From NCBI GenBank assembly GCA_038883335.1, contig JAVZMI010000006.1, positions 16,811 to 80,810 of the forward strand: DNA of 64,000 nt. Direction: 5' to 3'. The position numbers were made by a program, and so were the translations under genes. Below, one piece after another: positions 27,585 through 41,974 of this stretch. Each line of letters begins with the position of its first letter. Position 1 is the first letter of the stretch. This DNA comes from Candidatus Bathyarchaeia archaeon. GTDB taxonomy: Archaea > Thermoproteota > Bathyarchaeia > Hecatellales > Hecatellaceae. The notes under the pieces are model-generated. The model was not told the DNA's origin and ran no database searches. It saw only the letters and a program-made list of their open reading frames with translations.

Positions 27585-28493
27585 TTAGAAGATAGGGCAG
27601 TAACCTGACCTGCAGAAGAAGGTTGCATCCTCACGGAACTTCTTCAAATCCTCCTCGGTGACGGTGGGTTTATGGTTTTCGATCGCACGAAGTAGATCCT
27701 GCGTGGAAACCTTATAGTCACGCCCAGAGGTGAACTCCGCTTCGAAGGCGAGATGCGCCACCTCCATGCAGACATACTGAATATCTGCCGGAGTATAGCG
27801 TTCCGTTTTCTCAGCCAACGCGTCTATATCTACCTCTCCCACATTCAGGCTGCTGATATATTTCTCAAAAATCTTCTTACGTGCATCCCTATTGAGGGGG
27901 CCGATTGGCATTATAATGTCAAATCTTCCTGGGCGTAGTAGAGCGGGATTCAGGTGCCGCACATTATTTGTGGCACAGATTAGAAGCGCCCTTTCATTTT
28001 CCTTGAATACAGGCAGTTGCTTAAGCATCTCATTCGAGATAAGCCTCTGGCTCTCGCTGGCAAGCTCAGGCCGTAAAGCTAACTCTTCGAACTCGTCAAA
28101 GAAAACAACCATCTCTTCTACACCAACCAAGCGCTCGAAGAGGTGTTTTATTCTATGCGCAACCTGTTCGAGGCTACTAGTAGCCAGCTCGCTGGGGTGG
28201 ATCTCCACGAAGCTCCAGCCGAGTTTTCCAGCTATCGCCTTGGCGAAGATTGTTTTACCAGTTCCTGGAGGACCAAAAAGCAAAATTGTTTTGGGGGTTA
28301 TAACCCCGTGCTTCTTTGCTAGTTCCTTATGTAGGAGTGGATGGAGGATTCTCTGCTCGATTAACCTTTTCTCGTTTTCCATGTCAGCTATCTCGTCCCA
28401 CAGCGAATAGGGAGGTTTCTGAACTATGTGGCCACCTATCTCCTGCAAACTCTTCCTCATGATAGCCCCGCTACTGAACCGCGAAACTACCAT
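27585..28493 (-). CDS. Single-domain AAA+ ATPase (classic AAA clade)
   Basis: Walker A is LLFGPPGTGKT. Walker B is VVFFDEFE. The second region of homology is ATNNVRHLNPALLRPGRFD. Confidence 0.8.
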   Translation of the reverse strand: MVVSRFSSGAIMRKSLQEIGGHIVQKPPYSLWDEIADMENEKRLIEQRILHPLLHKELAKKHGVITPKTILLFGPPGTGKTIFAKAIAGKLGWSFVEIHPSELATSSLEQVAHRIKHLFERLVGVEEMVVFFDEFEELALRPELASESQRLISNEMLKQLPVFKENERALLICATNNVRHLNPALLRPGRFDIIMPIGPLNRDARKKIFEKYISSLNVGEVDIDALAEKTERYTPADIQYVCMEVAHLAFEAEFTSGRDYKVSTQDLLRAIENHKPTVTEEDLKKFREDATFFCRSGYCPIF

Positions 28494-28664
28494 TTAGCTT
28501 TTATTCCTTTCACAAACCGAAAACTAGGCCATTTATGAGGGCGCTGCAAAACTGCGGAAATCTTGACAGTCTCATGTTGCCACTCCCGACGTGAAAAACT
28601 ATCCGCCTAGGAGGTCGGGTAGGGCTTCGGAGAAGCCAGCAACCGATCAAAAGCTTTGGCGTGA

Positions 28665-28865
28665 TTATCCCAAGACTGAGAGGACCTCTCCTTTTAAAAG
28701 TGCCTTTCCGCCAGTGGGCACAACAAGTGGTGCGTTGCAGATGTTACAGTGTACGGTGATGCTTGCCCTCTCAAAAACTGCCTGTTCGTTACCACATTCG
28801 GGGCATTTTACTTTGATGAAGTTGCTTCTGGGTTTAGGGATCATTTCCATTCTACGCTTCTTCAA
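28665..28865 (-). CDS. rps27e: Ribosomal protein S27e
   Basis: 66 aa with FIKVKCPECGNEQAVFERASITVHCNICNAPLVVPTGGKA. Confidence 0.9.
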   Translation of the reverse strand: MKKRRMEMIPKPRSNFIKVKCPECGNEQAVFERASITVHCNICNAPLVVPTGGKALLKGEVLSVLG

Positions 28866-28878
28866 ACCAGAGACACCT

Positions 28879-29154
28879 CTACTTCAATTCAGCTTTCCTT
28901 AAACGGACACCATACCGCTGCAACACATACCCACACTTCTTGCATGCCAGTTTAAGGGTGGTCTTTTTAGTGGTTTTTGCAGTCCTCTTCAGCTCAGGGA
29001 ACTTCTGTCCACCATACCCGTGCTTATCCCTTTCATGGTGCCTAGCACCAGCCGCTAGAGCTCGGTCTTTACCCTTCTTATACAGCGAAACACCGTGTTC
29101 AGTGTGGCCTTTGCACTTCGGGCAGTAAGTGTTTAAAGTTTTAGGAATTTTCAT
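28879..29154 (-). CDS. rpl44e: Ribosomal protein L44e
   Basis: 91 aa with YCPKCKGHTEH...YKKGKDRALAAGARHHERDKHGYGGQ...CKKCG. Confidence 0.9.
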   Translation of the reverse strand: MKIPKTLNTYCPKCKGHTEHGVSLYKKGKDRALAAGARHHERDKHGYGGQKFPELKRTAKTTKKTTLKLACKKCGYVLQRYGVRLRKAELK

Positions 29155-29705
29155 CGGACATCTATCCTCCTACAGACGCCATGTTTGATGAGCCCTTCCG
29201 CATTCGAGGATGGTAGAGAGGCTACATCCTCAGCGTCAAAGGGCCCGTATACCTTCATGTCCCCTCCCACCAGCGCCGGAACTTCCTTAAGGAAGCGTAG
29301 TACCCACCTACGCTCTAAGTCTACGCTTGGCTTCTCGGTTACTACACCGTGGAGAGTAGCTTCTAACATAGCCCTAGCCATATTTGTGGCGTTCTTGACA
29401 TGTTGATAGAGCCTCTCCTCTTCCATTGTTAACGCAGCTTCGTCTATGTTTTTACTCTCCAGAGAGATGTTCATTTTTCTCAGCCTAAGCTCTATCAGCT
29501 CTCTTAGTAGGTGAGCTGATCTCTCATCCTCCAGCCGTAGCAGGGAGGCTTCAAGAGATTCATCATCTGGACTTATTTTTTCTCTCAGCCGCTTCCTATA
29601 CACACCGACATTCACATAAAAATCTTTAGGTAAAGGTTGAAGTTCCTTCTCACTACTCTCCCGCAGCCAGGACTCATATAATGCTGCATACATGGGCCCT
29701 CTCAC
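29151..29705 (-). CDS. Probable GINS subunit Gins51 (Gins15)
   Basis: 184 aa. N-terminus is LYESWLRESSEKELQPLPKDFYVNVGVY. The C-terminal B-domain-like stretch is FLKEVPALVGGDMKVYGPFDAEDVASLPSSNAEGLIKHG. It lies immediately downstream of priS and overlaps rpl44e by 4 nt, the conserved archaeal context for this subunit. Confidence 0.55.
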   Translation of the reverse strand: MRGPMYAALYESWLRESSEKELQPLPKDFYVNVGVYRKRLREKISPDDESLEASLLRLEDERSAHLLRELIELRLRKMNISLESKNIDEAALTMEEERLYQHVKNATNMARAMLEATLHGVVTEKPSVDLERRWVLRFLKEVPALVGGDMKVYGPFDAEDVASLPSSNAEGLIKHGVCRRIDVR

Positions 29706-29736
29706 TCAACAAGGTAAGGGAAACCAATAAATCTTC

Positions 29737-30981
29737 TCATAGAGGGGATGCCTTGTTCCTACAGATAAGGAAGATGGCAACTGCGGAGGGTAACACTGCT
29801 TCTTCATCTAGAAATGGCCCATAGGAGTGCCCACCGAGTCTTATCTTTGGGGCTTTATAGACCTTGACTAGTATATCACCTTCAGTAAAGGCTATAGCGT
29901 CTCTCAATGGTTCGAAGGCTGCGAGTTTATGAATTGGCATTGCGATAACCTTCAGACCTGTCTTTCCATGTAGCGTAGTGGGTAGACGGATGAGGCGGTG
30001 GATATCTGTTGTCACCACTGTGTCTACTGAAGCTGCCATGAATGTTAAGGCTTTACTCAAGATTCTCTCCAATGTCTTCGGTCCCGCAAATTCCCTGAGA
30101 GACGCCCACACACCCCCTCTCTCCCAAGCTTCGATTATACGCCCTCTATTGTTTTCGATCATTTTAGCTAGGCGACCATCAACCCCTGCCTCCTTCAACT
30201 CTTGGGGAGTTTTCAACGCTAAAGTGTAGATTGCACGGGCAAGGCGCCCTCCCCAACCGATGTCAGCTGGAGAGGGCCCTATCAGAGGGCGTTCACTCAT
30301 CGTGACGCCGTGATACACCGGATTCAAACCTGTCGCCGTGACATAATCGACGACTTCCTTCCTCTCGATGGAACTCATACTCTTAACGGTGTCACTCTCT
30401 ACGTGAAGGTGGTACCCTCTATGCCCAGAGAAGACCGCAAACATCTCTCTATCGCTTATACCGAAGTCTTCTTCGAGTATACAGATTAGCTTTAGCAATT
30501 CTTGTTTAGTGGCTTCGAGACATTTATCGCAGATCCACATATCCGCTTTAAGTCTCTCACCACCACATTCGGGGCACCTCGTTGGAGGTCTACCTCTGCC
30601 GAACCTGCCACATACGGTGCATCGCCACTCATCATGCTCCGCTTTGCATGTTGTAGGAAGATGGTCGCAGTCGACATCGAAGATTAGATCAGCCCCCATC
30701 CAATTCTTCTCTCCCATGGTTTCAGCATCAGGCTTTTGGTAGTAGGCTGAGGAGTAGTATGCATCTGAGGGAACGAGAACCTTTATGAAGTCTCTCAACT
30801 GGCCTATTGTTTTGAAGCTCTTATGTCGAACCGGCTTTTTATTGAATGTAAAAAATCCGAACTCCCTCCTCTCCATATCTGAGGGAGCATCAATCTCGTC
30901 GATGCTCCCCCAATAGTACTCCCGGAATTTACTCTGGATGAACCAGAGGTTCGACCGGTCTTCTGCCGTCTCCACTGTCAT
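29737..30981 (-). CDS. priS: DNA primase small (catalytic) subunit PriS
   Basis: Catalytic motifs GADLIFDVDCDH and FSGHRGYHLHV, zinc motif CTVCG...CPECG, and RLIRLPTTLHGKTG. Confidence 0.9.
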   Translation of the reverse strand: MTVETAEDRSNLWFIQSKFREYYWGSIDEIDAPSDMERREFGFFTFNKKPVRHKSFKTIGQLRDFIKVLVPSDAYYSSAYYQKPDAETMGEKNWMGADLIFDVDCDHLPTTCKAEHDEWRCTVCGRFGRGRPPTRCPECGGERLKADMWICDKCLEATKQELLKLICILEEDFGISDREMFAVFSGHRGYHLHVESDTVKSMSSIERKEVVDYVTATGLNPVYHGVTMSERPLIGPSPADIGWGGRLARAIYTLALKTPQELKEAGVDGRLAKMIENNRGRIIEAWERGGVWASLREFAGPKTLERILSKALTFMAASVDTVVTTDIHRLIRLPTTLHGKTGLKVIAMPIHKLAAFEPLRDAIAFTEGDILVKVYKAPKIRLGGHSYGPFLDEEAVLPSAVAIFLICRNKASPL

Positions 30982-31060
30982 ATTTGGAATCTACAACCTA
31001 CGATATAGGCTTAAGAGTATCAAAGTTGGAAGGATGCTTGCTGGAGGGCTGGCGAGAACA

Positions 31061-32116
31061 TCACTCCTTATGTCTTTTGGCGCCTTTTTCTAGTTCCCTA
31101 AGCTTTATTGCGTAAAAAGTTAGGGGGCTTCTAACTTTGAAGCAGCCCCCCGTAACCTCTTTACAGAGGTTGTGGGTACGCATTTTACCACAGCTTAAAG
31201 GTTTATAACTGGTGCGGCTTCTGGTCATGCCAGCGATGTGTTGAACTTGATACCGTGTCATCTTCTCATCGAAGTCCGTTGCCATCGAATATAGTTTTAC
31301 CAAATCCTCAACACCCATACCAATTTTGAGTAGGAACGCTGTCAAGGTGAATCTACCCATGTGTGATAGATCTTTGCCTGTCAGCAACTCCCTGTAAAGG
31401 GAGGACATACAGGGTGGAAAGGCTTCAACATTTAGACTACCCGAGATTTCAACTGAAGGCGCTTGCTTGACATTCTCTTTAAAAAACGAACTAACCTCCC
31501 CTATGGCTCTCTCTAAGTATTCAGGCAACTTCGCCGACATTGCCGCCTCGAGTTTATTCTCGATGTGCCGTCTAATCTCCTCTTCCATCAGCCTAGATGC
31601 CTCCTTTAGTGTAACGTACACCTCACCACTATCCAACCGCCTGTTAACCAGTTTCCACCGATCCTCATTGAACCTTGAGGCATTTCTAAGATAGTCTGTG
31701 AACCAAAGTTTGACCTCACTGGGCCGATCCGGGTTGGTTAAGTTGACCTCCCACCCAAAGCTTTCTGCTACCTTGAGAAACACCTCGCAAGGCTCGCTTT
31801 CTAGATGCGCAGAGGCTTTCTTCGCTTCAGCCAAAGCGTAGCGTCTGCGTAGGTAGGGGTCCCCTACCTTTCCAGCGATCAACACCGCTAGGGGGAAGGA
31901 TAGGATCTCTATCTCGTCGCTGACATCTTCGGATTCTGTGATTCTACCCAAGACAGCTTGTCGGACCCTGGAGACAGCTCTCCTTAGAATAGGCTCGTAG
32001 TCTCCATCCGCCAATTCTTCGAGTTTTATTCCAAAATCCCCAACGTAATCATATCCATCCCTCGTGAAAGGATACTTGGCGATATACGATGAGAGGCGGT
32101 CCAACTTGTTCAACAT
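31061..32116 (-). CDS. priL: DNA primase large subunit PriL
   Basis: 351 aa. FPPCMSSLYRELLTGKDLSHMGRFTLTAFLLKIGM plus C-terminal cysteines (C..C...C) for the Fe-S cluster. Confidence 0.85.
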   Translation of the reverse strand: MLNKLDRLSSYIAKYPFTRDGYDYVGDFGIKLEELADGDYEPILRRAVSRVRQAVLGRITESEDVSDEIEILSFPLAVLIAGKVGDPYLRRRYALAEAKKASAHLESEPCEVFLKVAESFGWEVNLTNPDRPSEVKLWFTDYLRNASRFNEDRWKLVNRRLDSGEVYVTLKEASRLMEEEIRRHIENKLEAAMSAKLPEYLERAIGEVSSFFKENVKQAPSVEISGSLNVEAFPPCMSSLYRELLTGKDLSHMGRFTLTAFLLKIGMGVEDLVKLYSMATDFDEKMTRYQVQHIAGMTRSRTSYKPLSCGKMRTHNLCKEVTGGCFKVRSPLTFYAIKLRELEKGAKRHKE

Positions 32117-32137
32117 GAAACTTCCTAAAGAGGGACA

Positions 32138-32893
32138 TTACTCCAGTCGTGGGGCTAGGTAGTAGGTTAGCTTACCTTTTAGGGGTAGCTCAAAGTCTAA
32201 CCTGACTGGTTTATCGGTTGAGAACTCTACTGTGACTATCTTGGACGTGGAAGTCCCAGCCCTAATAATGTCCTGAAGGAATGAAACACCATATAGAGCC
32301 TTAACCTCAGTCTGCACACCGAACTCGAGAACTGCCTCATTCGACTTCTCAAACTCCACAACAATATTCCCAGTCTCGCTTAGGCCAGTCATTGTAAACC
32401 TGTCGGGGTTAGCCTCAAATCTTACCTGCTCACTGACCCCACCGATGTCGGAGATGGCGTCATTGAGACAGTCGGCGTCCATCTTAATCTTGGCGTCGAA
32501 AGACAGTTTAGGGACCGGTATATCTGAGGTTGCCGGTTGGAGTAGAGGCAATGAGAAGCGGCGGACATATTTCCCACGAAGCTTCATAGACAGATGCCCC
32601 CTCTCAGGGTCATGGGTTAACTCTAATGTCTCCCCACTCTCTACTCTCCGCATCAATTTTAACACGTCGCCAACATCTATGCAGAGTTTCGGTCTCACAG
32701 GCTCGTCGCAAACATACTCTTGAAAGGTTTGGGCTGGTAGCTCAAAGTCAACCATTGCAACGTGTGAGGGATCCATAGCACGGAGGGATATCCCCTCCGG
32801 TTTTATGTCGAATGTTGCTTCCTCCACCAAAGTGGCGATGGCTGACATATAATTCTTCCAAGTCTTGGCATCCGAGACGACTATTTTAAACAT
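32138..32893 (-). CDS. pcn: PCNA sliding clamp
   Basis: 251 aa. The typical N-terminus is FKIVVSDAKTWKNYMSAIATLVEEATFDIKPEGISLRAMDPSHVAMVDFEL. It has a two-domain repeat architecture and sits upstream of priL. Confidence 0.85.
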   Translation of the reverse strand: MFKIVVSDAKTWKNYMSAIATLVEEATFDIKPEGISLRAMDPSHVAMVDFELPAQTFQEYVCDEPVRPKLCIDVGDVLKLMRRVESGETLELTHDPERGHLSMKLRGKYVRRFSLPLLQPATSDIPVPKLSFDAKIKMDADCLNDAISDIGGVSEQVRFEANPDRFTMTGLSETGNIVVEFEKSNEAVLEFGVQTEVKALYGVSFLQDIIRAGTSTSKIVTVEFSTDKPVRLDFELPLKGKLTYYLAPRLE

Positions 32894-32997
32894 GACTACT
32901 CATCCCCTCATCTACCTATGAGATGTAAAATCACTAATAAATTAATAAGCCACTCGCCGCTCAGTATCCAGTAACTGTAACTCTGTAAGGTGGAAAA

Positions 32998-34188
32998 GTG
33001 AAGCTCTTCCACACAGCAACGGATGAGGAAGTAAAGGCGGGAGAGACTACTGACGTATATTTCATCAGAACTAGAGAAATCCTCAAAGCAAAAGGGCTCA
33101 GCGGGGTTAGAGTTGTAGCTGAAGTTACTTCAGGTGAGCTGCCAGCTGGGTGGCCATGGGCAATTCTCTGCGGTATCGAAGAGGTAGCCCACCTTTTTGA
33201 GGGATTCCCAGTAGACGTATATGCCCCTCCTGAGGGGAGCGTCATCTATCCCACGGATCACTACGGTGTGAAAGTGCCTCATCTGGTGGTTGAAGGCGCA
33301 TACGGAGATTTCTGCCACCTAGAGACCCCGATGCTTGGATTCTTATGCCAAGCCTCTGGAGCCGCAACGATGGCCGCCAGAATCAGGAAGATAGTTGGCG
33401 ACAAACTGCTAATCTCCTTTGGGATCAGGAGGATGCACCCTGCACTATGCCCGATGATAGACAGGGCTGCATACATCGGAGGTTTTGACGGGGCGTCTAG
33501 TCTTGCTGGGGCGAAGATCATAGGCAGGACACCGACGGGGACCATGCCTCATGCCCTCATAATAGCCTTCGGTGACCAAGTTGAGGCTTGGAAGGCTTTC
33601 GACGAGATTGTAGACCCTAAAGTTCCCCGTGTAGCGTTAGTGGATACCTACTATGACGAGAAGACTGAGGCTGTAATGGCGGCTGATGCTCTTGGGAGCA
33701 GACTTTATGGTGTGAGGCTGGATACCCCGAAGACTAGGAGAGGCAACTTTGCCGACATAATCCGGGAGGTAAGATGGGAACTTGATATCCGAGGCTACAA
33801 GAATGTTAAGATAATAGTTTCAGGTGGCATCGATGACAAGAACATAAAGCCATTATGTGATGCGGGAGCTGACGGCTTCGGGGTAGGAACCTCCATAAGT
33901 GGGGCGCCAACAATAGACTTTGCATTCGACATCGTTGAGAGAGAAGGCAAACCCGCGGCGAAACGCGGTAAACTCGGGGGCAAGAAGGAAGTTTGGAGGT
34001 GCCCCAACTGCCTTAGGGACATAGTGTGCTGGGCTGGCGTGCAACAGCCTAGATGCCCATGCTGCCTATCCGAGATGGAGCCATTATTGAAACCCCTAAT
34101 AAAAGGCGGGAGGATCGTCGGCGAACTACCCAAGCCAGACGAGATAAGGAGTTTCGTACTCGACCAATTGCGGCGGGTCAATCTGTGA
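32998..34188 (+). CDS. Nicotinate phosphoribosyltransferase (archaeal type with a C-terminal zinc-knuckle domain)
   Basis: N-terminal TDVYFIRT, then GTMPHALIIAFGD, RLDTP, VSGGID, and C-terminal CPNC-x13-CPCC. GTG start. Confidence 0.8.
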   Translation: MKLFHTATDEEVKAGETTDVYFIRTREILKAKGLSGVRVVAEVTSGELPAGWPWAILCGIEEVAHLFEGFPVDVYAPPEGSVIYPTDHYGVKVPHLVVEGAYGDFCHLETPMLGFLCQASGAATMAARIRKIVGDKLLISFGIRRMHPALCPMIDRAAYIGGFDGASSLAGAKIIGRTPTGTMPHALIIAFGDQVEAWKAFDEIVDPKVPRVALVDTYYDEKTEAVMAADALGSRLYGVRLDTPKTRRGNFADIIREVRWELDIRGYKNVKIIVSGGIDDKNIKPLCDAGADGFGVGTSISGAPTIDFAFDIVEREGKPAAKRGKLGGKKEVWRCPNCLRDIVCWAGVQQPRCPCCLSEMEPLLKPLIKGGRIVGELPKPDEIRSFVLDQLRRVNL

Positions 34189-34254
34189 ATCTTGGCGCTG
34201 ATACGCAATTCCGAGGAGAAAAGATACTAAACTTCAGGCTTAACCAACTATTTT

Positions 34255-34626
34255 TCAAGAGTACTCACGCCACGTCTCACCACAGCGTGTACACCTGAAG
34301 AACTGTGTGGAAGATTCGTCGGCGCCCCTAGTTTGAACGAGCCATACGTAAGCTAACATGTTACCACATTTAGGGCACTCAGCTTTTTCCGTAGGCAGAG
34401 TCTTCAACTTGGCCTCTTTCTCACTTACGATTACTATGGGTTCTTTCGCCTCTACGGAAGACCGATCAACCTTGGCCACAACTGGTAAAGTGCTCTTTTT
34501 GGTTGCTTTATATCCGCAATTTGGACATTTCAACGAAACCTTATCGGTGACAGCCATAGTTAACCGCATTCCGCATTTTGGGCAAAATTCCATCCTCGCA
34601 GACCCCAAAGCTGATGAAACAGCCAC
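34255..34626 (-). CDS. tfs: Transcription factor S (TFS/RpoM, TFIIS-like cleavage factor)
   Basis: N-terminal ribbon is CPKCG...CPNCG. C-terminal ribbon is CPKCGN...LVQTRGADESSTQFFRCTRCGETW, with the acidic QTR.ADE loop. The likely start is MEFCPKCG. Confidence 0.85.
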   Translation of the reverse strand: MAVSSALGSARMEFCPKCGMRLTMAVTDKVSLKCPNCGYKATKKSTLPVVAKVDRSSVEAKEPIVIVSEKEAKLKTLPTEKAECPKCGNMLAYVWLVQTRGADESSTQFFRCTRCGETWREYS

Positions 34627-34800
34627 GATTGAATTTAAACGTTTTGTATGCTAAGCTGAGGTTACCACTAAATTGAAAGTCAAAGTTCGCTTCTGCCACT
34701 ATTTGAGGGTTTATCGAACTTAGGCGTACTAGTTTGCAAGAAAAATTACAAGCGTCCACAGCGGATATTGTAAATAAACTCTTCAAACTGTTTTTCAGTT

Positions 34801-36321
34801 TTAAGAAACTCTCAACCAAGATCTAGGCATGAAGAGTATTAGTACCGGAATTATCTCCAGCCGGCCAGCCCACATCTCAAAAATTAGGATAGCCTTGGGT
34901 ATGGGAGGCAGCGCATTAAGAGGGAGGAAGTTTGGGCCTATATTACTCTGTGCAGATAGAACCGCTGAGAATGAGCTGAAGGGGTCGAGATCGCACGCTG
35001 TCATGCATAAACAGCCCACCGTAAGAAGTAATGTGTAAATTGCAAAAAAGCCGGCTACACGGAGAGCGTCCTCCTCATGTAGCAGGCTGCTGCCTATCCT
35101 TATGGGCGTTACGACACCAAGTGGCAACTTTAACTTCAGGAGGAGGTGATGTCCCAGCTTTGCCAGGATAATTAACCGCATAACCTTGATAGCCCCGCTA
35201 GTAGACCCTACACAACCACCAATAAGCATCAAAAATAGGAGTAACACCTGAGAGAACGGGGGAAATATCTCTATGTTTGCGGTTGTATAGCCTGTACTCG
35301 TGATGATTGAGACTGCCTGGAATATTGCGACCCTCAACGCGCCGAAGAAGTCGGTGAAGCCGTGGGCTATCAGGTCAAGACTGATCAGAGAGAAACTGGC
35401 CGCCAAAATCGAGAGAAAAACAAGAACCTCTTTATTATCTATAAGCGCCTTGGGCCCTACCCTGAAGACTCTTAAGTGGACTAGAAAGCTTATGGCGCCG
35501 ATGATCATGAATAGAACTAATACCGCTTCCGCAGCAGGGTTGTTGAGGGCTCCTATGCTCAGATTATGCGTCGAGAAGCCACCTGTCGCTAAAGCTGTGA
35601 GAGAGTGATTGATGGCGTCGAATGGTTCGATGCCTACAAGCATTAGCGAAGAGGCACATGCCACCGTGTAAAAGAGGTATATCTGCCAGATCCGCGTGAC
35701 CGTCGCCCTCGTGGAAGCAGCCAATCGCTCCTCCCTAGACTCTGCTGCATACAACCTCCAAACACCTACGCCTAATCCTTCCGGAGTTAAGAAGAGTATG
35801 AATAAAACTAGGACGCCAACACCGCCGATCCACTGTGTGAAAGACCTCCAGAAAAGGAGGCTACGAGGTAAACCCTCAACATCGCGAATTAAAGTCATAC
35901 CGGTAGTTGTGAATCCTGACATTGCTTCAAAGTAGGCGTCAAGAGGAGACAGCCCACCAATTGTTATGTATGGAATAGCTCCAACCCCTGCAACCACAAG
36001 CCACACTAAGGCGGCGATTGCCATAGCCTCCGGCGTGGAAACTTCTTGTAAAGGCAACTTTCTCCTCAAGAAGAAACCGAGTGTGGTAAGGGCCGCAGCT
36101 AAGCCTAAAAAATGAGAGAAAGAGTGCTCCGAATAGATTAAGCCGACTAGTGCTGGTGGTAAGAACATCAGACCAAGAATCATAATGATACTGGCAAGGT
36201 GACCTACTATGTTCTTCACTGCGACCACGCACCAAACTAGCAGCCTATAGGCGTAGTTACTGTCTTTCCAGCAAGCGACGCCCGCAATTAGTGACACCTG
36301 AATTATGAAGACCGCCTTCAA
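34801..36321 (-). CDS. trkH: TrkH/KtrB-family K+ transporter membrane subunit
   Basis: 506 aa, polytopic, with four selectivity-filter-like repeats: SGFTTTG, TGGFSTH, TSTGYTT, GSTSGAIK. Confidence 0.85.
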   Translation of the reverse strand: MKAVFIIQVSLIAGVACWKDSNYAYRLLVWCVVAVKNIVGHLASIIMILGLMFLPPALVGLIYSEHSFSHFLGLAAALTTLGFFLRRKLPLQEVSTPEAMAIAALVWLVVAGVGAIPYITIGGLSPLDAYFEAMSGFTTTGMTLIRDVEGLPRSLLFWRSFTQWIGGVGVLVLFILFLTPEGLGVGVWRLYAAESREERLAASTRATVTRIWQIYLFYTVACASSLMLVGIEPFDAINHSLTALATGGFSTHNLSIGALNNPAAEAVLVLFMIIGAISFLVHLRVFRVGPKALIDNKEVLVFLSILAASFSLISLDLIAHGFTDFFGALRVAIFQAVSIITSTGYTTANIEIFPPFSQVLLLFLMLIGGCVGSTSGAIKVMRLIILAKLGHHLLLKLKLPLGVVTPIRIGSSLLHEEDALRVAGFFAIYTLLLTVGCLCMTACDLDPFSSFSAVLSAQSNIGPNFLPLNALPPIPKAILIFEMWAGRLEIIPVLILFMPRSWLRVS

Positions 36322-36607
36322 TTATAAAAAGCAATACAAAAATGGATGAGCTCAGATTGCTCTTAACGAGCTTGTTTAAAGGGGCTACAATGCTGCCACT
36401 GCGGCAGCGCGATCAACAACCCGTCACAGATTCTAGTGAGGCACATTAAATCGACCAGCTTATTAACAGTAGTTTGCATGAGCTAAAGTCGATGACGGCT
36501 ATCAGCGGCAACCTAAAGCTGTTAGGAGACATGAGATTTGAGATACGCAATAAACTGGTTTACTGATCTGAAATGTCTAAAGGGCAATTGGCTAATTACA
36601 TACAGTG

Positions 36608-36621
36608 GAAATGTACATTTC
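36608..36621. repeat. Perfect 14-bp palindrome GAAATGTACATTTC in the ORF-free region upstream of the rRNA operon
   Basis: Read directly. GAAATGT is the reverse complement of ACATTTC. It is preceded by ACAGTGGAAAT. Confidence 0.9.
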
Positions 36622-37072
36622 TCTCTATATAGGGGCCGATACCCATCCGAGCACTAGTATTGCGTACGCCTTAGTGATGTAAACTGACCGTCCTTAAACG
36701 TCGCTCCGCTTGTGAGGCAACTTTGAACTCTTTCGTCTCTGGCGCCTCTGGCGTCCTCTAAATTGAGGGATTAATGGGCATGTAAAAAAACGCTTTAAAG
36801 GGATGATTTTTTCACAGTTTTTGAAAGTAATCCTTATATGAGCCCCTATACTCATAGATGTTTGCGTAACAAACTTTACGCTGCCCGTGGCCTCTCATGC
36901 GGCGGCGTCAAGTGGACGTTGAAGACGAAAGTCTGAGGATGAAACACTTTGACCTCCGGCCGCGGGAACATCATGAAGACCTGAAGAAGCCCTCTAGGGC
37001 TTTAGGTCCGATGTGGGTTTGCTACACTACCGCCAATCCCAGCCAACTTGTGGCTATGCTCTCCAATCGTCA

Positions 37073-38566
<1,494 letters not shown>

Positions 38567-38745
38567 AAGAAAACGACCACAATGGCTGGGGCGAAAGTAG
38601 TGGCAAACCCACAAGAGCAATAGATGCGATTCCGGAGCGAAAGCTTCGGGATTAAGGGCAGAGTGGACCTTTAACGGGTTCGCGGTGAATGCCGTGCAGA
38701 GTTGCACAAACTGGGTGTGGCTTCAAAGGATAGGCCCGACATGAG

Positions 38746-41792
<3,047 letters not shown>

Positions 41793-41848
41793 CGGGCTGA
41801 TATTTGAGGCTGCGCCCAGGTGAAATGACTCTGCACGGTGTTCTCTAA

Positions 41849-41855
41849 TTTTTTT
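41849..41855 (+). terminator. T7 run just after the 23S processing helix; candidate archaeal oligo-T terminator of the rRNA operon
   Basis: AATTTTTTTCCC read directly, 10 nt after the 3' strand of the 23S flanking helix. Confidence 0.4.
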
Positions 41856-41974
41856 CCCTAGTGTTTTAAAGGCTTAGCCTATGTCCTAAAAAAGATGTTT
41901 CAGACTCTTTACTCTTACAGGTCGTTTTATCCGTTAGCCGATTGCGTAAGGTATAAACAACTCGGCATGTTTTT

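Noticed and set aside
27892-28410. 172-aa ORF antisense to the AAA+ ATPase. Similar long antisense or alternate-frame ORFs include 6858..7277, 33795..34208, 1377..1730, 13164..13454, 14348..14743, 16154..16531, 47457..47807 and 50001..50348.
   Set aside because: They are shadow ORFs opposite, or out of frame with, genes that have strong motif support. They are Ser/Pro/Arg-rich and have no motifs.
36625-36665. 5S-rRNA-like fragment (GGCCGATACCCATCCGAGCAC).
   Set aside because: This is only a short resemblance to the 5S loop A/helix II region. No full ~120-nt 5S secondary structure can be built.
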